Positions 1 to 10,093 of a stretch of 64,000 nt of DNA are shown piece by piece (position 1 is the stretch's first letter; each line of letters starts with the position of its first letter). This DNA comes from Octopus sinensis. Lineage: Eukaryota. Location: assembly GCF_006345805.1 (NCBI RefSeq), contig NC_043002.1:54250001-54314000 (forward strand), written 5' to 3'. Position numbers and translations under genes: made by a program. The notes beneath the pieces were generated by a model that was not told where the DNA came from, searched no databases, and was given only the letters and a program-made list of their open reading frames with translations.

Positions 1-175
1 GGGTCGTGCTGGCGACAAGACGTGCGAGGAAGTCGCTAAAGGGTTTGGGGCTAGCAGCTGCTATTGTTAGTGTTCGGGTAGGGCTGTGAGGAAGGACCAG
101 CCATCTCTGGAGGATCTCCGTCACCACGAAGAGAAGGTAGGTGCCTCTATATTCAAATCGCACACACTCACTACA
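1..175 (+). repeat. 5' LTR (3' part) of Gypsy element
   Basis: Direct repeat of 3911-4085; ends ...CTACA. Confidence 0.95.
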
Positions 176-187
176 AGCTATTTCGGC
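176..187 (+). promoter_or_regulatory. Non-canonical primer-binding site, complementary to nt 1-12 of tRNA-Phe(GAA)
   Basis: AGCTATTTCGGC directly follows the LTR. Its reverse complement GCCGAAATAGCT is the conserved 5' end of metazoan tRNA-Phe (recalled sequence). No TGG-type PBS is present. Confidence 0.65.
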
Positions 188-220
188 AGTTCGTAAACAT
201 TCACATTTTTTTTCAACACG

Positions 221-985
221 ATGTCTGCAAAAATTAGGATCGCCAGTGACGTCGTCAGACCTTTTAACGGCGAAGGCGATGTAGTGGCCTGGATTCAGAA
301 AATCAGGCTGGTGGCGAGACTGCAGGGCATAAGCGACGTGGCGAGTCTTATGGCGCTGTATTTGGAAGGGAGTGCGTTGTCACTTTACCTAGAGATGGAT
401 GTCGAAGAACGGCTCTGCGATGAGAATATAGAGCGGCGCTTGTGTGACGCATACACGGAATGCGAGTACACAGCTTTCGCTAAGCTAGGTGCAATCAGGT
501 GGACAGGAGGCCAGGTGGATGATTTTGCATCGGAAGCTAGAAGGCTAGCGACTCTGGCCGGGTTTGCCGGAGAAGGACTGGAGAGAGCAGCCCGACTGGC
601 GTTCGTGAATGGGTTCCCCGATGATGTAGGGATTCACCTACAACGACTGCCCGGGGTCAAAAAGATGCCATTGAGCGAACTTGTAACTCATGCTCGCGGG
701 TTAACGAGACACTCTGGGCAGAAGGCGATAGCGATGGCGGTGACGGAGGCGCGTAAAGACGGACGACGTCCCGAGAAAGAGGTACAGAAGCCCACCGTGC
801 AACGAGAGCGGCCGTTCTCAGGACGGTGTTTTAGATGCCAGGGACCGCACATGGCGCGGGACCGTACGCAGCCAGGGCCCGTTTGCTATCGATGCAGGCA
901 GACAGGGCACATTGCCCGTGATTGCGGCCAGGGAAACGACCGCGGGGAAGTTGCTGCCTCTCGAACTTTCCCCTCAAACGAGTAG
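221..985 (+). CDS. gag: Gypsy Gag with C-terminal zinc knuckles
   Basis: 254-aa ORF with CFRCQGPHMARD (degenerate) and CYRCRQTGHIARDC (CCHC). Confidence 0.9.
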   Translation: MSAKIRIASDVVRPFNGEGDVVAWIQKIRLVARLQGISDVASLMALYLEGSALSLYLEMDVEERLCDENIERRLCDAYTECEYTAFAKLGAIRWTGGQVDDFASEARRLATLAGFAGEGLERAARLAFVNGFPDDVGIHLQRLPGVKKMPLSELVTHARGLTRHSGQKAIAMAVTEARKDGRRPEKEVQKPTVQRERPFSGRCFRCQGPHMARDRTQPGPVCYRCRQTGHIARDCGQGNDRGEVAASRTFPSNE

Positions 986-3792
986 AGGCGCTATTGGAGA
1001 CGCTGCCATTGATTGACGTGGAGGCCGAGGGGGAGACGTTCAAGGCCCTTGTGGATACGGGCTGTACGACCACCCTGGTGACTTTGAGGGTGACGAAGGA
1101 ATGGAACGGGGTGTGTAGTGTCCGGGCGGTCGACGGCAGCGAAATCCGTTGCAGAGGCAGCAGCAAGGTAGAGATAGTGGTGCGCGGCGCGACGCTAAGG
1201 CTACAGGCAATTGTGGCCGAACGCGTGATAAATGGAGTTGATGTGGTGATGGGGATGGACGCCATCAACTGCCTCGGTGGCGTCAGGGTTGTGGGAAATG
1301 AGGTCACGTTCGGAAGCGTGGGGGCGTCGTGCACTGCGAGTCAGGATCGCCAGAGGGAGCAGATCCCCACGAGGGACTGCGCCGCTTACACCATCGAGGA
1401 CAAAGACTTTCAGGCGGCGTTCGATGGTCAGCGGTGGATGATAGAGTGGAAATGGAAGGACGAGCCCCCGACACTGGAGAACAGGGTGAGCTGTTACCAG
1501 CATACCCTGAAAGGCCACGCCAGGGTTGAGTTTGAAGACGAGGTGGAGAGGTGGATCGAGGAAGGGGTCCTTGTCCCTTGGAAGGAGGAGGTAGCGGGCG
1601 GAGTGCTACCCCTGATGGCGGTGGTGCAGCCTACGAAGGGAAAAGTCAGACCGGTGCTGGACTTCAGGGAGCTAAACCAGCACATATCGTGTCACACAGG
1701 AGGTGAGGCGACAGACGTTTGTGGTGAGGCATTACGTAAGTGGAGACAGTCGACTGAGGCAGCGACGATTGTCGACTTGAGATCGGCATACTTGCAGCTC
1801 CATGTGAGCGACAAACTATGGCGATATCAGCTGGTGCGGTACAAGGGCCGGACGTACTGTCTAACCAGGCTGGGTTTCGGGCTGAATTCCGCTCCGAAGA
1901 TCATGGCGGCAGTGCTTAGGTCCGTCCTAGGGAAAGACGGCAAGATTAGAAAGGCCACCAGCTCCTACATTGACGACATTTTGGTGGACGAAACTGTAGT
2001 GCCAGCCAACGAGGTAGTGAGACATCTGGAGAAGTTCGGACTGATTGCTAAGCCACCGGAGTCGATTGAAGGGGGAGCCGCGCTGGGGCTGAAGCTGCGA
2101 AGAGATAGGTCAGGTGAATTGGTGTTCCGGAGAGGAAATGAAATCCCAGAGCTGAGTTCCAGCGTCAGCAGGAGAGAGCTGTTCTCGATGTGTGGGAAGT
2201 TGGTCGGTCACTACTGGATGGCTGCGCACGACGTGTAGTTACACCAAGAGACGAGCAGAAGGAGAGAGGTGGGGCGACAAGGTGGGAGAAGGGACGGTGG
2301 CGATGATGCAGGAGATCCTAGAGAGGACAAGAGCGGAAGACCCGGTCAGGGGGAACTGGTACGTGCCCAAGACAAAATGCGGGACCGTCTGGTGTGATGC
2401 TAGCAGTATAGCGATAGGGGTGGTGTTGGCAATCGAAGGCACTGCGGTGGAGGACGCGGCCTGGCTTCGGAAAGCAGATGATTTCAACCACATCAATGTC
2501 GCCGAATTAGACGCGCTGCTGAAAGTGGTGAACTTGGCCTTGAAATGGGGGCTGCGCACGATTGAAATGCGGACGGATTCGGCCACTGTGCTTGGCTGGG
2601 TAGGATCGGTGATCTCCGGTGACAGGAGAGTGCGGACGAAAGGTGCTGCGGAGATGTTAGTGAAGCGCCGTCTAGGAGTTCTAGGTGAATTGATCGCCGA
2701 ATTCGGACTGAACCTGAACGTGGTCTTCGTGCCTTCGGAGAAAAACAAGGCGAACATACTGACCAGGGTGAAAAGGGCATGGTTGGAAGAACCGGAGGAG
2801 GCTCGGAAAGGGATAGCTGCGGCGTGTCGGATGGATGACTCTGAACTGAAGAAACTGCACGCTATGCATCACCTGGGTGTGGACAGGACCCTGTATCTGG
2901 CAAAAAAAATTGATGCTGACGTCACCAGGAGAAGCGTCCGGAAGGTGATCGGGAGCTGCGACAGGTGTCAGTCCATCGACCCTGCTCCGTGTGGGCATGA
3001 ACAGGGAAGCCTTTCCGTGGAGCAGAACTGGAAAAGGCTAGCTGTGGATGTGACACACTACCGTCAGCGAATGTACCTCTCCATGGTCGACTGTGGGCCG
3101 GGCCAGCTGGCCATTTGGAGGGAGTTGAGATCGGGCATTGCTGACGAGATCGTGCAGATCCTGAACGGGATATTTTAGAGAGAGGTCCCGTGGAAGAACT
3201 ACTGATGGACAACGGGGCGGCGTTTCGTTCGGAAGCATTGAGGGTTATGCTTGATCGGTGGAACGTGCGACGCTTGTTCAGAGCAGCGTATAGGCCGGGC
3301 GGTAACGGGATCGTGGAGAGGCACCATCGGACAGTCAAGGCCATAGCGGAAAGAGGGCACATTTCGCCGCTTGAAGCAGTTTTTTGGTACAACTTGTCTC
3401 CCCGATCCGGACAGGCTGAGGAATCTGTGCCGCAGAGAGCTGTGTTCAAATATGAATGGAGGCACCCGAGCAAAGCGCTGGAGGGTCACGAGGAAGAGAA
3501 GGGACCCGTTCGCGTGAAAATAGGGGAGGAAGTCTGGGTCAATCCACCAAAGGCGCGCTGTACGTCTCAATGGAACAGAGGAACGGTGACGGCGATCAAT
3601 TCCAGAAGCAACGTATCCGTAGATGGTACACCACAACATGTCTTGGACCTTCGCAGGATTGTTGCTTCGACGGACGATGATTCGGGAGAGGGGGAGAATG
3701 AGGAGCTCAGCTTGAGAAGATCTCGACGAGCAAGGCGCTCTCCCGGTTGGATGGTAGACTACAACATGGAGCGGAGAGATTGCGATCTTTAA
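922..3792 (+). pseudogene. pol: Gypsy Pol (PR-RT-RNase H-IN) broken into three ORFs by two frameshifts (~2205, ~3178)
   Basis: ORF 922-2238 has LVDTG, VRPVLDFRELN and YIDD; ORF 2192-3178 has CDAS and H-x3-H...C-x2-C; ORF 3190-3792 has MDNG and GNGIVERHH. Confidence 0.92.
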
Positions 3793-3805
3793 GATCAGGG
3801 TGGCG

Positions 3806-4085
3806 TGTGGGATGACGTCAGCAGCGGGGTGCGTTGACCGGAAGCTGGGGCAAGCGGAAGGGGTCAGCCGTCAAGCGTGCGCAGGGGGCGGAAGTTGACC
3901 TTTCCAACGTGGGTCGTGCTGGCGACAAGATGTGCGAGGAAGTCGCTAAAGGGTTTGGGGCTAGCAGCTGCTATTGTTAGTGTTCAGGTAGGGCTGTGAG
4001 GAAGGACCAGCCATCTCTGGAGGATCTCCGTCACCACGAAGAGAAGGTAGGTGCCTCTATATTCAAATCGCACACACTCACTACA
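3806..4085 (+). repeat. 3' LTR (280 bp, TGT...ACA)
   Basis: Starts TGTGGG after the PPT-position tract AAGATCAGGGTGGCG; ends CTACA; matches the 5' LTR. Confidence 0.93.
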
Positions 4086-5620
4086 ACATCGACGACATTA
4101 ACCTTGTCGTGAAATGTTATAATACAGACACAGTTATGGGCTCTCTACTAAATGAAGAACAGGTGATGACATCTATACAACACATAGCTGACTTTATCCA
4201 CAGCAGTATAAAAGTTACCATAGACTACCCCTCTAAACGATTACCCGTCCTAGATATTGAGCTATGGATAGAAGATGCTATGATTAATGGAACCGTTAAA
4301 CCCTGTATACTCTACTCACACTATCAGAAACTGATGGCTAATCCACTAGTAATCCGTAGTGACACAGCTATGTCGAATACTACCAAACTCAACATCCTAG
4401 TGGCAGACTTAATTAGAGTAATGAGGAATGTATCCCCACTATGCCAACCACAAGAACAACAACACATCCAGTACTACATATTCCGAATGCAACGCTCTGG
4501 ATACACACAAGACGATAGAGTCAGAGTGTACAAGAGAGCGAAAGCAAGATTCGAACGCATGCTAAGGGACGACGAAAACGGTATATGCCCCCTATACAGC
4601 AACAAGTTCTGGAATAGGTTAGAGAGAGACACCAACAAAAGGATGAGAAACGATACTTGGTATGATAACAGGAAATTTCACGGGGTAATGTTCGTTGACG
4701 CCACACCTAAGAACGAGCTAAGTAAGGCATTCAAGAAAATCCTGCGCACTACTGGCCTTAAAATCAAAGTTGTAGAAAAGACAGGTAGGACTATCAAGTC
4801 GGCATTATGCAGATCATATCCATTTGATAGAATCACCTGTCAAAGTAACTGTGCAGTATGTTCGACAAACCCACATGTAAACTGAAAAACCAAGGGCACA
4901 GTATACCAAATTGAGTGCCAAGAAGGAGATTGCGCGACTAACCCAGAGTTATACATAGGTGAGACTTCTAAGAGTATCAATGATAGGTTCAAAGAACATC
5001 TGGACAACTACATTGAAATGAAGCCAAACTCCATCTTCTACCAATATGCTGTAGACTGCCACTTAGGGAAACATCCTATCAACACATCCCACCAATGCAA
5101 TGTTGAGACAGGTCACAGAAGCTGTTTGTATACAAGAATACAAACCTACTCTCAACCGAAAATCCGAATGGAGTAACTCCCAGATCCCATTCAGTAGGAC
5201 CATTCTATAACCACCCTCTCTCTCGTTTACATGTAATCCTTACATACATGTTGCAATGTGTGGTGTTAAAACACTTATGTGCAGTTATATATAACCGTAT
5301 GAGCGTACGATGTTTGATACGTATGTGCGTGTGTGGTGCTATAAAAAAAAATTTTTTAATGCACATGCATGCACATATGAGCATGTATGGATGTATGTAT
5401 GTATTGTATATGTATGCAATAGAAAAGTTCATAATCGTTTCTTACTGGTCTCAATAGAATCCATGTGGTGGTGTTTTGTCGGTAGTTGGTATAATCGCTA
5501 TATTACTGTTGAGTGTAGTGAAGAAGTCCATTATTGTTTCTTTTCTATTGCACTTTTTATAATATTTTTGATAAGGTTCGTTTTTTCAAGAACCGAAACA
5601 TGTTAAATTCATAAGAAAAT
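4086..5620 (+). mobile_element. Penelope-like element (Neptune-type), 3' half: RT C-terminus, Cys-rich linker, GIY-YIG endonuclease and pseudo-LTR
   Basis: Reads (Y)IDDINLVVKC...LPVLDIELW...CQSNCAVC; past a TGA at 4883-4885 it continues KTKGTVYQIEC...LYIGETSKSINDRFKEHL. A decayed hammerhead follows downstream. Confidence 0.88.
5563..5609 (+). ncRNA. Degenerate minimal type-I hammerhead ribozyme in the PLE 3' repeat
   Basis: TATTT-[TTGATAA, from CTGATGA]-GGTTC..GAACC-GAAA-CATG-TT-AAATT. Stems are intact but the core has two transitions. Confidence 0.5.
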
Positions 5621-5799
5621 TAAAATTTATCTAATATAGTGGTGTTTTCAAACTTCTTTTTTACAAATATATATATATATATATATACACATACATACAA
5701 ACATATATATATGTATATATATATATATAAAATACACTGCTTCTCATTTACCCTGAAGTATTAGAATATTACACATACAACAACAATAAATGGAAGCAC

Positions 5800-7716
5800 A
5801 GGTCACATGGAACAGAACTTGACAACTGGCCCGGTGTTTCTAGGAAGAATGTCATTGATAGGATGAATATTACACACACACCCAAACAGGAACTCTTCTT
5901 TTTGAGAATGCTGCTTCATGTAGTTACTGGCCCGAAGTCTTTTGCTGATCCTCGCATGGTTGATGGTGTCATCTGCGACACTTACAAAGAAGCATGTTTG
6001 AGACACAGACTAATTCTCGATGACGACCACTTACACAGGATGCAGGCAGAGGCCTCAAATTGTAAAATGCCATGGCAAATATGTCGATTGTTTTGTAGCA
6101 TATTAATCCACTGTAATCCCAGCAACCTTCTTAACCTTCAGGATTCATTCAGACAGAGCCTGTCAAAGGACATGCAGGCTAATTTAGGGCTACGTGATGG
6201 CATCAATGATGTTTATAATAAGGCATTAATCGACCTGGACAGACACATCAGACGTTATGTTATATGTGGTTTAAGTGAATTCCATCTGCCAACACCTGTC
6301 CATCATGAAGCGCCTTTGGTTGTTGAATACATGTCGGAAAAAAACTACAACATTGCCAAATTGACGGAAACGATTACGCGAGATGAACCAAGACTTTTGC
6401 CTGAACAAAGATTTATAATGAAATTGTTGACAGCGTTAGATTGAACCAAGAAAAGCTTTTCTTTTTGGATGCTCCAGGTGGTACTGGTAAAACTTTCCTT
6501 ATCAATTTGATTCTCGCAAAACTGCTCATTGAACGTCGAATTGCCATTACATGTGCCTCCACTGGTATCACGGCGACACTACTTCAAGGCAGTCATACAG
6601 CACATTGTGCATTCAAATTGCTTGTGGACAATGAAAAAAAAAGATAATCCTACATGTAATATAGATCGTAGTTCCTCCAGAGCAAGACTTCTTTGTGATT
6701 GCAGTCTTTTTATTTGGGATGAGGCTACAATAAGTAATAAGGTCATGTTTGAGGCTTTTGACAGAACTCTCCAAGATTTGTATCACAATACAAGAATAAT
6801 GGGTAGAGCTGCGTTTCTCATGGCAGGAGATTTTCGACTAACCCTTCTTGTTGTCCCAAGAGGCACTCGAGCCGATGAGGTTAATTCATGTATAAAGCAT
6901 TCTTATGCGTGGCACAGTGTAATCAGTCATCATTTTGAAACAAACATGAGAGTCCACCTACGTGGTGATGTGGAGTCTGAAGCTTTCGCAAAACAGCTAT
7001 TAGATCTTGGTGATGGAGTTTTGCCTTTGGTTGATGACGAGCATTTTTAGTTGCCTTTTGGGGAATTTCGTTCCAAATGTAGAAGACCTTATAAGAGCCA
7101 TTTTTCCTGACGTCAAAACCAACTTCCAAAAACAACAGCTGATGCTACTAATAAACAACTGCTTGATATGATTCCTGGTGAGGAAGTCTTTTTCATGTCC
7201 ATCGATATAAATAAAGATGAGAATGATGCAGTCAAATATCCACCTGAACAACTCAACAAGCTAACACCTCCAGGGCTTCCACCTCATCATTTGTGTTTGA
7301 AAGTAGGTGGTCCAATCATGGTGCTCAGAAATACGGAAATGCCTGAAATATGCAATGGAACCCGAATGGTTATAAGGATTCAAAGCCATGTTATAACTGC
7401 TGAAATTTTGAGTGGCCCCATTCATAGGAACAATGAAGATGATACATAAAAAACGAGTATTTCACCCTCTGATATTCCCATTCAGGTTAAACGCTATCAA
7501 TTTCGGAAAAAACTACGCTTTGCGATGACCATCAACAAGTCACAGGGACAATCACTGGACATTGTAGGCGGGAACCTGTCACAACCGGTCTTCAGTCATG
7601 ATCAATTGTACATAACCTGTTCTTGAGTTGGAAATCCGTATAACCTCTTCATTCTTGGAGAACATGAGCGCACAAGGAACGTAGTTTATCAGGAGGCTCT
7701 GGCAAAACAAGATTGA
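5800..7716 (+). mobile_element. Helitron Rep/Helicase relic (Pif1-like helicase region), multiply frameshifted
   Basis: FFLRMLLHVVTGPKSF, FFLDAPGGTGKTFL (Walker A), FIWDEA, AGDFR, LNKLTPPGLPPHHLCLKVGGPIMVLRN, FAMTINKSQGQSL, TRNVVYQEAL. Confidence 0.9.
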
Positions 7717-9479
7717 TTGTGAGTCATGAGTCTTTGCTAGAGTTTTTCTTCTGCACCTATTGATTACCTCTTCATTCTTGAAAATACAGCCATTAAAAAG
7801 AACATAGTTCATAAAGATCGGGTTAAGATGTTTGCAAACATTTGATCCTACTCATTCGTCTCTTTTTTTCCTCATTTTCCGATTCCTTCTATGTCTCCAT
7901 TGAACGGTTTTGTAAAGTAATTGTTTCTTCGCCAACATAAGACGTTCATAAAGTGAGTAAGTTGTTAATTACTTTTTACATTTATATACTGTTTCATTGG
8001 TTTTTTTTCAAGTTTAGGTGGTGTCGAAAGGACTGGCATGTGTCACCATATAACCTCTGTATCACGACGCGATACTGTTTTTACAAAACTGAGTTGGGTG
8101 TGAATTCTAATTTCATACACTATTGCAAATGTGAGTTTACAGTCTGCCTTTTTTGGTTTAAACTATCTTTCTGCAGGTTTAAAAAAATTTTTTTTTTTTA
8201 TAGTCCTCAACAATATTCCCCATCGAAATCCCATTTTTCAATTCTACGATTATACCCAGAGTGCTCTTAATGAATATGAACTGTCTTTCCATTGGTGGAC
8301 GTTCATACGTCTTCATACTGTTTTTTATATAATAAAAGCATTGCCTCCATTTTAAACCAATAAAACAATGCTACATTAATACAGATAATGCTTCTAACAG
8401 TCCTAGAATACTAATCAAAACATTAGTTTCAGTTACCAGTATAAGACCACACTCAAGTCAGGTGATGTGTCCTGGTTATTAACCAACTGGCCAGCAGAAG
8501 TATCATGCCATATAGTAGGACATTCTACAAGGTTCTAAACGTGCCTGTGCTTTTGTAGTTATAAAAGCAACAACCCACCAGGACCAATTGGAAAGCAGCC
8601 CTTTGAAGCAAAAGCATCTAACCTTTACAATGTCAAGCTTTCTTTTGCTTAAATTCAACCTGATCAACACCAGTAATGCATAAAGGCCGTTTATTTTTCC
8701 TAATTCACACTATCAAAACAAATTTCTTTCAGCGCTTTCTGAGCATGGTTGCAGTAACAATTCGTATTTAACTTTTGTCTGTGGAAGTGAAAATTATTTT
8801 TGCTACAAGATGCTGACACCACCTGCTTTGGCTCTGTCCACAAGGGATAATGGAAGCCCATATATGGCAGGCTGCATTGTCCTATTCCATCCCTTTCTGG
8901 ACCAGAGATGCATTGGTATGGTTCACCCAGTTGGCAGCCAATTTCAGAGTGAAGTTGATCCTGAACTTCAAGCTCACTATAACAGCCATTATTGTATCGT
9001 TTCATATCCTTTCATTTGCATGATTTCAACTAATTTCTGTTTCATTAGCAACTTCATTTGTACCATCTGTTTCTTCTGAAAATACCAATAGTTTAACTAT
9101 TCAAGCTGCCTTGTCCTTCATTTCACCTCCATATACTAGAAATACTTCAATTTAGTTTTCTCAGCTCAAAGCAAATTTCATAGGATATAAAACTTCTTCA
9201 GATACATGCCAATTTCACCTTTTAGTCAGTGTGAAGTCAAAGATTTGATTACTAGCCATTTCAAATTCACATCTTATCAAAGTATGAAAGCAGAAATTTT
9301 ATGACAAACTTACATCCAAACAGAAGCAGTTTCACCAACTCCTTCCCAACTGTTCAGATGAAGGAGAGAATTAATGGAGGTGTAAGAATTAACACTTCCT
9401 CCTCTGAGCCTAGATTCAAAACCGAATCCAAGAATTCTCGGTCATCCAAACCACGACGATCAACAGGGGCGAAAAAAGA

Positions 9480-10093
9480 TTTCCTGAAAAAAATGAAAAG
9501 TAGAATGGCTATTGGGAGGTAACTACAGATTTACCAGGGTGCCAGGTTTTCTTTCCCATCCCAGTTTCGAAAAAACCAGATATTTTGATGTGGTGTGAAA
9601 GAAAGAAAGTTGTAAATATAGTCGAGCTAACGGTTCCTCATGAAGATAATATGGACGCCGCTCGGGCTCGCAAATTGAACCGTTATGAAAACCTCCACGC
9701 TGGAAAGCGGAACATTTTCCTATCGAAGTCGGATGTAGAGGGTTTGTTGGACACAGCGTGAGACGACTGTTGTTATCGCTAGGCCTAACTCATCGTAAAG
9801 TCAATACCACCATGACTGATATCCAATCTACAGTGGAGAAGGCTAGCCACTGGATTTGGTTAAAAAGAGACGATGAGCGATAGCTAAAAGTATATTGAGT
9901 TCTTCATAACCAGCTGATCTAGCAAGCGGGGCCTCATATCAGTAAGGGGGGCCGGTGCGCATTGATGCCGTCGAGAAGTAGGCCTCAAAACGGCGCGCAT
10001 TCTTTCCTGATGACCCCATACACTTGCTAGCTTCCGGTATACGGAGCGTTTAACTGGTGGCACTTGCATGTGCAAGTTCTTTGCAAGACATCT
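9480..10093 (+). mobile_element. 5'-truncated 3'-end copy of the HERO element, fused head-to-tail to the full copy
   Basis: Direct repeat of 13159-13789 with scattered substitutions and a small deletion; both copies end at ...GCAAGACATCT. Confidence 0.9.

Larger units (their letters stand above)
1..4085 (+). mobile_element. Short Ty3/Gypsy LTR retrotransposon (5' LTR cut by window edge; gag + frameshifted pol)
   Basis: 1-175 matches 3911-4085 with 2 mismatches. Internal gag has CCHC knuckles; pol has PR (LVDTG), RT (YIDD), RNase H (CDAS) and integrase (HHCC zinc finger, VDVT...MDNG...GNGIVERHH). Confidence 0.95.

Noticed and set aside
7716-7960. Helitron 3' terminus (hairpin + CTRR)
   Set aside because: No convincing GC-rich hairpin precedes the CTAG at 7737-7740; the ends remain undefined.
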